Notes under the pieces: model-generated
The model's input: the letters and a program-made list of their open reading frames with translations, nothing else
Database searches by the model: none
What the model was told of the DNA's origin: nothing
Translations under genes and position numbers: made by a program
Part shown: piece by piece, positions 44,900 to 52,431 of the stretch
Layout: each line of letters starts with the position of its first letter
How positions within the stretch are numbered: position 1 is the stretch's first letter
Source: Bacteroidales bacterium
GTDB taxonomy: Bacteria > Bacteroidota > Bacteroidia > Bacteroidales > P3
DNA length: 64,000 bases
Assembly: GCA_017439185.1 (NCBI GenBank)
Contig: JAFRTM010000006.1
Coordinates: 7,979-71,978, forward strand
Reading direction: 5' to 3'

Positions 44900-45574
44900 T
44901 CAAAGTTCATACTCCGTCGGGTCCTCCACTCCCGCCTCCTTGAAAGCTCCCTTCCGCTCCTCGCATGTGCCGCACTTCCCGCAGTGTTTCTCCCCGCCCT
45001 TGTAGCACGAGTAAGTCCTCCCGTAGTCCACCCCCAGCGCCGTCCCACGCTTCACTATCTCGCTCTTGCTCAGCTTAGTATAAGGTGCCACCAACCTCAC
45101 CCCCTCATAAGTCCCCTCCCTCATCGCCGCGTCCATCGCCTCCACAAATCCCGGCCGGCAGTCGGGGTAAATCGCGTGGTCCCCTCCGTGGTTGGCTATC
45201 AGCACACGCTTCAGTCCACGGCTCTCCGCCATGCCGCACGCTATGCTCAGCATTATGCCGTTCCTGAACGGCACCACCGTGCTCTTCATGTTCTCCTCCC
45301 CGTACTCCCCCGTAGGGATAGCCTCCGCACCCGCCGTCAGCGACGAGCCGAAATACCTTTTCATAAAGTCCACCCCGATCACCAGATGCTCCACCCCCAA
45401 CCGCTCGCAGTGCCACCGCGCACAGCCCATCTCCCGCTCCGCATGGTTGCTCCCATAGTCGAACGTCAACGCCAGCGCTATCCGCTCCCTCTCCTCATAC
45501 AATAATGTGGTGGAATCCAGTCCTCCCGAATAAATAATCACCGAATCCTTCTCCGGCAAATCCTTCTGTTTCAT
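44900..45574 (-). CDS. queC: 7-cyano-7-deazaguanine synthase
   Basis: Contains VIIYSGGLDSTTLL (PP-loop) and the C-terminal zinc cluster CYKGGEKHCGKCGTCEER. I prefer ATG 45574 over the track's TTG start at 45580. Confidence 0.9.
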   Translation of the reverse strand: MKQKDLPEKDSVIIYSGGLDSTTLLYEERERIALALTFDYGSNHAEREMGCARWHCERLGVEHLVIGVDFMKRYFGSSLTAGAEAIPTGEYGEENMKSTVVPFRNGIMLSIACGMAESRGLKRVLIANHGGDHAIYPDCRPGFVEAMDAAMREGTYEGVRLVAPYTKLSKSEIVKRGTALGVDYGRTYSCYKGGEKHCGKCGTCEERKGAFKEAGVEDPTEYEL

Positions 45575-45577
45575 CTT

Positions 45578-45620
45578 CAACTTGTTTTGTTATAGGGGGT
45601 TAGCAAGTTTACCCCTGCAA
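45578..45620 (-). promoter_or_regulatory. preQ1-I riboswitch
   Basis: The minus strand reads AGGGGUAAACUUGCUAACCCCCUAUAACAAAACAAGUUGAAGAUG. It has a 5-bp P1 (AGGGG/CCCCU), a loop ending UAAC, and an A-rich tail UAACAAAACAAG. That tail is identical to the one I recall for the Thermoanaerobacter preQ1-I aptamer (CUGGGUCGCAGUAACCCCAGUUAACAAAACAAGG). It sits directly upstream of queC. Confidence 0.8.
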
Positions 45621-45632
45621 TCCATTGCACTG

Positions 45633-45640
45633 CAAATATA
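45633..45640 (-). promoter_or_regulatory. -7 promoter box (TATATTTG) for the queCDE operon
   Basis: The plus strand reads CAAATATA, about 15 nt upstream of the riboswitch P1. Confidence 0.55.
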
Positions 45641-45855
45641 CAACTTTTTTCTTCCCCCACAACATTCCCCCCAAAATAATCACAAAAAGCTGCATCCTCT
45701 TCTACCCTCACAGCAGCTGTGTGAGTGGGATTTTGTGGAGCCCAAAATGTGCATTTATCGTGATACATAAAATATATCTTATTGATTATATACAACTTAA
45801 CACAGTTGCGAAAAAATTTCATAAAAATATTCTCAATTATTACAAATAATATTCG

Positions 45856-45863
45856 TATTTTTG
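45856..45863 (+). promoter_or_regulatory. -7 promoter box (TATTTTTG) driving the island leader RNA
   Basis: Matches TAnnTTTG and lies about 300 nt upstream of the first island gene. Confidence 0.5.
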
Positions 45864-45869
45864 CAAAAT

Positions 45870-46110
45870 CTTTCAATAGACAGAAAGAGCAAGAGAAAGT
45901 GCGTTTCTCTATTCCGCAGACGTGAACTTGGACACTTCACGAAGGCATTAAGTCGGAATAAGGATGATGCCAACTTGGTGTGTATTTGTACCTAGCGACA
46001 TACAGCCAAGTGGAGTCATATCAAGAACCTTATCTACTTAATGCCACTTAAAGGGAGTCCAAGCCCTACGTCTGAGATGGGGAACGGGATGGCTCCACTT
46101 TCTTTTTGTA
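45870..46110 (+). ncRNA. Candidate structured leader or small RNA (~240 nt), unknown class
   Basis: No ORF is present. Two small hairpins: AGAGAAA/TTTCTCT (45892-45910) and CGTGAA/TTCACG (45921-45941). A long composite hairpin is closed by a perfect 10-bp helix, GGCATTAAGT (45944-45953) with ACTTAATGCC (46036-46045), with about four further helical segments inside. A terminator-like hairpin (46050-46101) is followed by CTTTTTGT. Confidence 0.5.
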
Positions 46111-46164
46111 TTGTGAAAAATCCGTCGAGCCAGCGGCAAAAAACAACTAAAACAAACAAGTACA

Positions 46165-46818
46165 ATGAGAACAAAACTTTTCAAACAAATCACGCTGGCG
46201 GCTATTATGATAGCCTTTGCATCAACCACGTTCGCCGAAGAGCCTGTAGGCAAAAATGCACTGCAACTCGGTACCTCAATTGAAGAATCCTCCGAGGCCA
46301 CCTTACCATCCGTGCCTCCAAGATACGGAAAGAGTTACCGTAGCGGGGGAGAGAATTCGCTGAGCATTGTGGCGGGCGTGGATTTCGGATGCTACAAGAC
46401 GTTTCCGTACAACGGAGTGTATGTTGGTGCGCTGTATAACTTCATGCTGAGCGACGCTTTCGGCATTGAACCGGGCTTGGAGCTGAGATGGCTGATGAAC
46501 GACAATTATGGCACGTACCATGAGGTGGGCTGGTTTGTGCCGGTGATGGCGAACTACTCGTTTGAGGTGGGCGACGACTTCTATCTCAGTTTCTTTGCCG
46601 GTCCGACATTGGACCTCACAATGGTGAGTGTGGTAGAGTTTTGGGGGACGAAGAACAGCACATGGTTCGGTGACGGATGCTGCGACCTGCTGTTGGGAGC
46701 CGGCGTTGGAGCGAAGTACCGCAACTTCGGCCTGCGCGTAGCATACAACTACGGAGTGGTCTCGCACGCAAAGGCACTGTCGGGTCATTTTAACATCGGG
46801 CTTACCTATAGTTTCTAA
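46165..46818 (+). CDS. Outer-membrane beta-barrel protein (OMP_b-brl/porin-like)
   Basis: 217 aa with a signal peptide, alternating beta-strand pattern, and C-terminal GLTYSF. Confidence 0.75.
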   Translation: MRTKLFKQITLAAIMIAFASTTFAEEPVGKNALQLGTSIEESSEATLPSVPPRYGKSYRSGGENSLSIVAGVDFGCYKTFPYNGVYVGALYNFMLSDAFGIEPGLELRWLMNDNYGTYHEVGWFVPVMANYSFEVGDDFYLSFFAGPTLDLTMVSVVEFWGTKNSTWFGDGCCDLLLGAGVGAKYRNFGLRVAYNYGVVSHAKALSGHFNIGLTYSF

Positions 46819-46836
46819 AATACAAGAATTATAAAC

Positions 46837-46877
46837 AATCAGAAGTTGCGCACGACACGAAATTAGTGCTTATTTTC
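46837..46877 (+). promoter_or_regulatory. Conserved intercistronic motif, copy A (core 46844-46871)
   Basis: AATCAGAAGTTGCGCACGACACGAAATTAGTGCTTATTTTC followed by ATG. The core has 2 mismatches to copies B and C. Confidence 0.85.
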
Positions 46878-47279
46878 ATGAAAAAGACTATGAAATTTAT
46901 GGCAATGCTGATTTGTGCAGCCGCAATGACGGTGTTCACATCTTGTACCGTTGAACCTGAAGAAGGAATCGTTGGACGGTGGGAGTGTACTCATCTTGAT
47001 TTTGGAGATGGGGAAACTTTCATGCAAGCCCTCATCGGAGAGAATAGTGAGTCGCTATATCAGGACGGTATGATTTGGGAATTCTTTGCCGATGGTACAC
47101 ACGTAATCACACGACCTGATGGGAGTCAGGACACTACAAGATATAGAGTATCAGGAAACCAAATTTATATGGACAATATGGATGGGCTTCCATGGGAAAT
47201 AGAAAAGATAACTAACCGTAAATTGCGATTAACCTATACGTATCTGTTTAAGACGACCATGGATTTTAAACGGATATAA
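46878..47279 (+). CDS. Lipocalin-like (Lipocalin_4-type) small lipoprotein
   Basis: ATG 46878 (MKKTMKFMAMLICAAAMTVFTSC lipobox) is preferred over the track's GTG at 46866. Contains GRWECTH...WEFFADGT...YRVSGNQIYM...ITNRKLRLTY. Confidence 0.7.
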   Translation: MKKTMKFMAMLICAAAMTVFTSCTVEPEEGIVGRWECTHLDFGDGETFMQALIGENSESLYQDGMIWEFFADGTHVITRPDGSQDTTRYRVSGNQIYMDNMDGLPWEIEKITNRKLRLTYTYLFKTTMDFKRI

Positions 47280-47285
47280 CCTGAT

Positions 47286-47325
47286 AATCAAAAGTTGCGC
47301 ACGACACGGATTTAGTGCTTTTATT
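47286..47325 (+). promoter_or_regulatory. Conserved intercistronic motif, copy B (core 47293-47320)
   Basis: AATCAAAAGTTGCGCACGACACGGATTTAGTGCTTTTATT followed by ATG. Confidence 0.85.
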
Positions 47326-48273
47326 ATGAAAAAGTCTATAAAAATGATAGGCGTGCTACTATCTCTGGTTATGGTGGCAATGCTCTGCTCGTGCGAGCCT
47401 GAGGTTGACGGTCCTGATAGTCCGACGAATCCAACAAATCCGACAGATCCAACAAATCCTGATACTGTCGTATTTGATGAGAACGGGGCTTCGAATGCCG
47501 TTTTTTCTGTGGCGGAAGGACGTACCGTCCATTTCTCCAGAGGAAACCTGCAGTATCAGGCTTCGACCGACACATGGCGTTTTGCTGAACACCAGTATGA
47601 CTGCATCGGTGATGACAATGCCAACATTTCATCAACCTACAGCGGTTGGATCGACCTCTTCGGATGGGGTACGTCGGGTTGGAACTCCGGAACCACCGCT
47701 TATCAGCCGTGGTCAACAAGCATGACATCCAGCGACTATTGCCCTGGCGGCAGTTACAGCAACAACCTTATGGGCAGTTGCGCCAATGCCGACTGGGGTG
47801 TGTATAACCGCATCAGCAACGGTGGCAACCAGGCCGGCATGTGGAGAACGCTGACAAAGGACGAATGGAATTATCTGCTGGAAGAAAGGAATGCCTCGAC
47901 GGTAAGTGGCACAGAAAACGCCCGTTTCGTAAAGGCTACAATAGGCAGCGTCACTGGTCTGATAGTGTTTCCAGACAGATTCACGTTGCCGACAGGCATA
48001 TCTGTGATGGCCAGCTGCATCAACAGCGCAAGTGCCGCATTTGCAGGCATTACCTACACCACAGAGCAGTGGTCGCAGCTTGAGGGCAACGGCGCGCTCT
48101 TCTTGCCTGCTGCAGGCTACCGCTGCGGCTCGGGAGTGTACAGCGTTGGCTCGCACGGCATCTATTGGTCTAGTACATACAGTGGAGAGAACTTCGCGTG
48201 GTGCCTGTCCTTCGTGCACTCGAGTAGCGATTACCGAAGCCGCGGGCTCTCTGTCCGCTTGGTTCGGGATTAA
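47326..48273 (+). CDS. Lipoprotein with one FISUMP/DUF1566-like (C-type-lectin-fold-like) domain
   Basis: 315 aa with lipobox AMLCSC and a PTNPTNPTDPTNP linker. Contains FSRGNLQYQASTDTWRFAEHQYD...IDLFGWGTSGWN...WRTLTKDEWNYL...LFLPAAGYR...YWSST...GLSVRLVRD. Confidence 0.75.
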   Translation: MKKSIKMIGVLLSLVMVAMLCSCEPEVDGPDSPTNPTNPTDPTNPDTVVFDENGASNAVFSVAEGRTVHFSRGNLQYQASTDTWRFAEHQYDCIGDDNANISSTYSGWIDLFGWGTSGWNSGTTAYQPWSTSMTSSDYCPGGSYSNNLMGSCANADWGVYNRISNGGNQAGMWRTLTKDEWNYLLEERNASTVSGTENARFVKATIGSVTGLIVFPDRFTLPTGISVMASCINSASAAFAGITYTTEQWSQLEGNGALFLPAAGYRCGSGVYSVGSHGIYWSSTYSGENFAWCLSFVHSSSDYRSRGLSVRLVRD

Positions 48274-48306
48274 TTCAATTAATAGATTAAAATAATGAAG
48301 TAACCT

Positions 48307-48705
48307 ATGGAATGTACAGAAATAATATCTACCATTATCGCGGCGGTGGCTTTGGTAGTTTCCATTGTGAGTCTTGTCTGCTCAAAACAGGCAGCGAAGA
48401 AAAGTCTGCAAATGAACATCTTCAATGAGTTTACCCGTCGCTATCAGGAGATAACTATGGGGCTTATGAGTGACCATCAAAATGAGGTAAAATACCAGCG
48501 GTTGTATATTGACCTATGCAGCGAGGAGTATTATCTGAACAAGAAAGACTGTTTGCCCAAGGAGGTGTGGAAAATGTGGCTTGAGGGGATGATTATTGCC
48601 GTGAAAGTGGATTCACTGAAAACTGCTTGGACACAATATCGAGGTTTATACGATCCTGGGTTTCAGGGTTTCTTCGACAATTTGATAAAGGAAAGCAATA
48701 AATAA
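48307..48705 (+). CDS. Small hypothetical protein with an N-terminal TM helix
   Basis: 132 aa with the TM helix IISTIIAAVALVVSIVSLV followed by a helical soluble part. No family recognised and no conserved motif upstream. Confidence 0.55.
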   Translation: MECTEIISTIIAAVALVVSIVSLVCSKQAAKKSLQMNIFNEFTRRYQEITMGLMSDHQNEVKYQRLYIDLCSEEYYLNKKDCLPKEVWKMWLEGMIIAVKVDSLKTAWTQYRGLYDPGFQGFFDNLIKESNK

Positions 48706-48706
48706 G

Positions 48707-48747
48707 AACTCAGAAGTTGCGCACGACACGGATTTAGTGCTTCTATC
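48707..48747 (+). promoter_or_regulatory. Conserved intercistronic motif, copy C (core 48715-48742)
   Basis: AACTCAGAAGTTGCGCACGACACGGATTTAGTGCTTCTATC followed by ATG. The core is identical to copy B. Confidence 0.85.
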
Positions 48748-50526
48748 ATGAAAAAGGTATATTTGATTTTGGCAGCATTTGCTCTGCTGACCTTAGGGAT
48801 GGTGTCGTGCGACCGCAACGATGACACCACGGATAACCAAACAGGTCCAAGTGTTGGTGGATTTGACCAGAACGGTGCTTCAAATGCATTATTCTCAGTT
48901 GCGCCCGGGCGTACAGTGCGTTTCTCAAAGGGGAACCTACAGTATCAGGCTTCTACCGGCACCTGGCGTTTCGCGGAGCATCAGTATGACATTATCGGTG
49001 AGGACAACGAGAACATATCATCGACATACACTGGATGGATAGATCTTTTCGGATTTGGCACTAGTGGATGGAACAGCGGTGTCAACTGTTATCAGCCGTG
49101 GTCGTCCAGTGAAATATCTAATGATTATTCGTTGGAAGGACGTTTTGCTAGCATGCAGGGCGACTATGCAAGAAGCGATTGGGGCATATACAACGCTATT
49201 AGTAACGGAGGTAATCAGGCTGGTCTGTGGAGGACATTAACATGTGACGAATGGGAGTATCTTTTCCATAGGCGACCCAATGCAAAATCCAAATGTGGAC
49301 TGGCGAAAGTCGCTGGTAAAAAGGGATTTGTTATATTGCCTGACTCATGGTCTATACCCTCTGGCTTGACATTTAACAGTGGAGATGCCTATGACGAGCA
49401 ATTTAGCGCCAATACCTATACCTGTTCAGAGTGGGCACAGATGGAATCTGCTGGAGCGATCTTTTTGCCAGATGCGGGCCAACGTTATGGGAGAATCTAT
49501 GAGGATAATTATAACAATGTCTGTTATTGGACGAGCACGTGCACTGGTACGGGATATAACGATAATTTTTCAACAAGTTTCGCCTTGGTCCACACACGTA
49601 GTTATACGTGTTTTGACTTCAGTGAAGAGGATCCTTCTAATGGACTTTCTGTTCGTCTGGTTCAAGTGGCATCATCGTCAGCGGTTGGAGGGTTCGACCA
49701 AAACGGAGCCTCGAAAGCCGTTTTCTCTGTTGATGTAAATAAAACTGTACGCTTTTCGAAAGGCAACCTTCAGTATAATACTACCGGTAGCCATACTGTG
49801 GCAAACGGTGGTACGGCGACAGGCACTTGGCGGTTCGCCGAAAACCAGTATGATATCATAGGCAGCGATAATGAGAACATCTGTCCCACATACACAGGAT
49901 GGATAGATCTTTTTGGATCAGGCACTAGTGGGTGGAATAGCGGTGCTCAATGTTATCAGCCATGGTCGTCCAGCTCTAATGATGACGATTATCTTTCAGT
50001 TCATATAGATCAAAACGCATATGTTGACTGGGGTATATACAATGCCATCAGCAACGGAGGGAATCAAGCCGGTCTGTGGCGGGTGTTAACAGACGATGAG
50101 GCAGATTACCTTTTAAGGAGTAGGTTTAATTGTGAATATAAATTTGGAGGAGCAATTGTTAATGGACAAGCTGGAATTGTAGTTCTTCCCGATGATTGGA
50201 CCCATCCTTCGGGAATCGCTACTGGTTTTATTCCTGCCAGGTCGCTTATTGACGATTGTGTGAACATTTATAATAGTTCGGAGTGGTCGATAATGGAATC
50301 CGCGGGAGCCATATTTTTGCCTTACCCTGGATATCGGTATCGTGGTTTATATTATTACAATGGAACGATAGGTTGGTATTATCTTAAGGGGACGAAATGG
50401 TATAATCCCGGTGCGGTGTTGCAACTTTACCCAGAATACTTCTCATCTCAATATTCCCCACTGGGGGGGCCTGGTAGTGGTAATCATACTGGTTTAGCAG
50501 TCCGTTTAGTTAAAGATACAGAATAA
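48748..50526 (+). CDS. Lipoprotein with two tandem FISUMP/DUF1566-like domains (paralog of 47326..48273)
   Basis: 592 aa with lipobox LGMVSC. The domains span about 48850-49660 and 49690-50520. Each starts NGAS.A.FSV...V.FSKGNLQY and ends GL.VRLV. Confidence 0.75.
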   Translation: MKKVYLILAAFALLTLGMVSCDRNDDTTDNQTGPSVGGFDQNGASNALFSVAPGRTVRFSKGNLQYQASTGTWRFAEHQYDIIGEDNENISSTYTGWIDLFGFGTSGWNSGVNCYQPWSSSEISNDYSLEGRFASMQGDYARSDWGIYNAISNGGNQAGLWRTLTCDEWEYLFHRRPNAKSKCGLAKVAGKKGFVILPDSWSIPSGLTFNSGDAYDEQFSANTYTCSEWAQMESAGAIFLPDAGQRYGRIYEDNYNNVCYWTSTCTGTGYNDNFSTSFALVHTRSYTCFDFSEEDPSNGLSVRLVQVASSSAVGGFDQNGASKAVFSVDVNKTVRFSKGNLQYNTTGSHTVANGGTATGTWRFAENQYDIIGSDNENICPTYTGWIDLFGSGTSGWNSGAQCYQPWSSSSNDDDYLSVHIDQNAYVDWGIYNAISNGGNQAGLWRVLTDDEADYLLRSRFNCEYKFGGAIVNGQAGIVVLPDDWTHPSGIATGFIPARSLIDDCVNIYNSSEWSIMESAGAIFLPYPGYRYRGLYYYNGTIGWYYLKGTKWYNPGAVLQLYPEYFSSQYSPLGGPGSGNHTGLAVRLVKDTE

Positions 50527-50586
50527 AATAGATTTGAAAATGTCCAATCATTGAATAAATAATTGTTTAACCTAAAATTTTAAGAA

Positions 50587-50748
50587 ATGAGACAGTCTAT
50601 CAAACAAGCATCGTTGATGCATCATTATGCGGAAGAATCCGTTTATGACAAACAAAATGTTGAACCGACAAAACCAGAAAAGCCCCTAATTGATGAACGA
50701 CCGAAAAAGCCAAAAGAAGGTCAGAAAATTCTGAATGACGGTAAATAA
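50587..50748 (+). CDS. Possible 53-codon ORF (Lys/Pro/Glu-rich)
   Basis: ATG 50587 to TAA 50746-50748, read by hand: MRQSIKQASLMHHYAEESVYDKQNVEPTKPEKPLIDERPKKPKEGQKILNDGK. Below the track threshold. There is no support beyond the open frame. Confidence 0.2.
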   Translation: MRQSIKQASLMHHYAEESVYDKQNVEPTKPEKPLIDERPKKPKEGQKILNDGK

Positions 50749-50762
50749 CAAAAAACATTTAT

Positions 50763-50804
50763 GCATAAAAGGTTGCGCCCGACACGGATTTAGGGTTTTG
50801 AAAT
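50763..50804 (+). promoter_or_regulatory. Conserved intercistronic motif, copy D (core 50771-50798)
   Basis: GCATAAAAGGTTGCGCCCGACACGGATTTAGGGTTTTGAAAT followed by ATG. The core has 4 mismatches to copies B and C. Confidence 0.75.
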
Positions 50805-50969
50805 ATGGTCAAAATACAAATCAAGGCAGACAGATTGATAGAGCTGATCAACCAACTGTGCAAAACAGAATATGACGCATCGGCCGGTACCGGAAAGTAT
50901 TTGGTGGTTTCCGACAACGGCGATGTGGAGATAAAAGATCAACCAGAAAAAAGAGTACTTACCGACTAA
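50805..50969 (+). CDS. Possible 54-codon ORF placed behind motif copy D
   Basis: Read by hand: MVKIQIKADRLIELINQLCKTEYDASAGTGKYLVVSDNGDVEIKDQPEKRVLTD. Below the track threshold. Its ATG sits 6 nt after the motif, the same spacing as at the three larger genes. Confidence 0.4.
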   Translation: MVKIQIKADRLIELINQLCKTEYDASAGTGKYLVVSDNGDVEIKDQPEKRVLTD

Positions 50970-50977
50970 AAAACATT

Positions 50978-51169
50978 ATGAAAAAAATGTATTGTTCAGT
51001 TGCCGAATATGTTGACGTGGCAACAACGGGATGCGTCAAGACAGTGGATGAATATGTGGACAACTTGTTCATTGACGAGAATGTCATAGTGCATTGCAAG
51101 GACAACGACATGGACTACAAGAAGCAGGAAGTGGGGGAACTTGTGGCATTCATCGAATCGAGGCTTTAA
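50978..51169 (+). CDS. Possible small acidic hypothetical protein (63 aa)
   Basis: Track ORF MKKMYCSVAEYVDVATTGC... lies 8 nt after the previous mini-ORF. No homology recognised. Confidence 0.3.
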   Translation: MKKMYCSVAEYVDVATTGCVKTVDEYVDNLFIDENVIVHCKDNDMDYKKQEVGELVAFIESRL

Positions 51170-51430
51170 TATCATCCAATCAACGATAAAATAATAATAA
51201 TGTTTAACTAAAAAATTCAGAACAATGGAGAACAAATTAAACACATGATTAAATCTCTCGTAGGGTTGAATAGCTAATGAAAGGCCCCGGAGAAAGCAAA
51301 TGAAATTAGGAACAAAGCAAAGACTAAGGAAATCGAGGATAAAATTCTAAATAAAGAATTTCTGTCAACAATGACTATCATCGAAAACATCCTAAATAAA
51401 GAGGATTAGGAATGGAAGTCATTTAAATAG

Positions 51431-51460
51431 CAGGCAGTCAAGTGACTGCCTGTTTTCGTT
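51431..51460 (+). terminator. Intrinsic terminator closing the island transcription unit
   Basis: Perfect 10-bp inverted repeat CAGGCAGTCA / TGACTGCCTG (51431-51440 and 51443-51452), followed by TTTTCGTT. Confidence 0.7.
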
Positions 51461-52423
51461 ATATATTAAATCATTCTCCGCCGTGTCGGATTTGTAATTT
51501 GGCATTTTTGCGGTTGCAGATTATTCGGAATTTTCAGATTTTGCAGATATTACTGGGGGATGGTGTTGGATTACAGGAAGTCTTAAGTCTGAATCCTGAT
51601 GACCTCCGAGAGTTTTTCGACTATTATTTCGACCGTTTCGAGAAGCAAACGATATTAGCACCTGACGGGGAAATTGCAAATACACAAAAAGTATTCTATA
51701 TAGCAGAATAAAAATGAAGATATTTATTCTATAGCTCATAATAATTTATGCTTAGATGCATCCCATAAATGTATTTTATGCAGCCCAAAAATGAGGTAAT
51801 TTTTAATAAAAGAAAGACAAAAAATGATGCCAAATCTGATAAAACACAGAGCAAAGCGGCAAAAAGTTTCTTTCTAAAGAAAAAAAATAGCGCAAAAAGT
51901 TTCTTTGAAAAGAAAGTTTTACCCTTGTTCATTGTGTCCTAAGAAATATTTTGCCCTTCGGAAATGTTAAAAATGGGGAAAGTGTGTCCGAAAACTGCCC
52001 TTAATAGGTTCTATTAGCAAAACATCAGGAGTCTGGTGAAATCCAACCTTTAGCGACAAGCAATAAAAGATATAAAGTTTTGGCATAAAAGGTTATCTGA
52101 TTGAAAAAAGTGCAAATATTTGCAGAAATTTTCAATAGAAATTCTGACGATTGAGAATTAGCATGTAACAATCATTCCAACGGAAGGAAAACCTTTATTA
52201 GATATTAGAATGGAGGACAAGAGACGCGGTGTTTTATGCGACTTGTGGAATAGAAAATTATATTTTTCACATTTTGCGATATACATTTTGTATAAAATTC
52301 ATAACTCTCCTATTCCAAATCAGAATTCCTACTATGGCACCATCCCATATAGAAATATGGGACTAAAAATCTGGTGACAGAAAAAAGTGTGGTTATTTTT
52401 GTTGTTATTTTCAATTTTATATG

Positions 52424-52431
52424 TATCTTTG
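52424..52431 (+). promoter_or_regulatory. -7 promoter box (TATCTTTG) for the TraB/GumN-hutU unit
   Basis: Matches TAnnTTTG, 50 nt upstream of ATG 52481. Confidence 0.5.

Noticed and set aside
45577-45876. 99-aa minus-strand ORF upstream of queC.
   Set aside because: It covers the preQ1 riboswitch, two promoter boxes and AT-rich spacer. The sequence is low-complexity and overlaps the queC start region.
45870-46110. Assignment of the leader RNA to the cobalamin, TPP or another known riboswitch class, or to 6S, SRP, RNase P or tmRNA.
   Set aside because: It contains GCCACU and CUGAGA strings. However, it lacks the surrounding conserved boxes (AGGGAA...GGUG..AAUCC for B12; ACCUGAUCUGGAUAAUGCCAGCG for TPP), the end-to-end closing helix of 6S, and the hallmark motifs of the housekeeping RNAs. 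I leave it unclassified.
46837-50804. Integron-like cassette array (the 28-nt motif as attC).
   Set aside because: There is no integrase in the window. The motif is short and not an imperfect palindrome, and it lies upstream of ATGs at fixed spacing rather than forming a folded 3' recombination site. I keep cassette junction only as a loose analogy in the finding.
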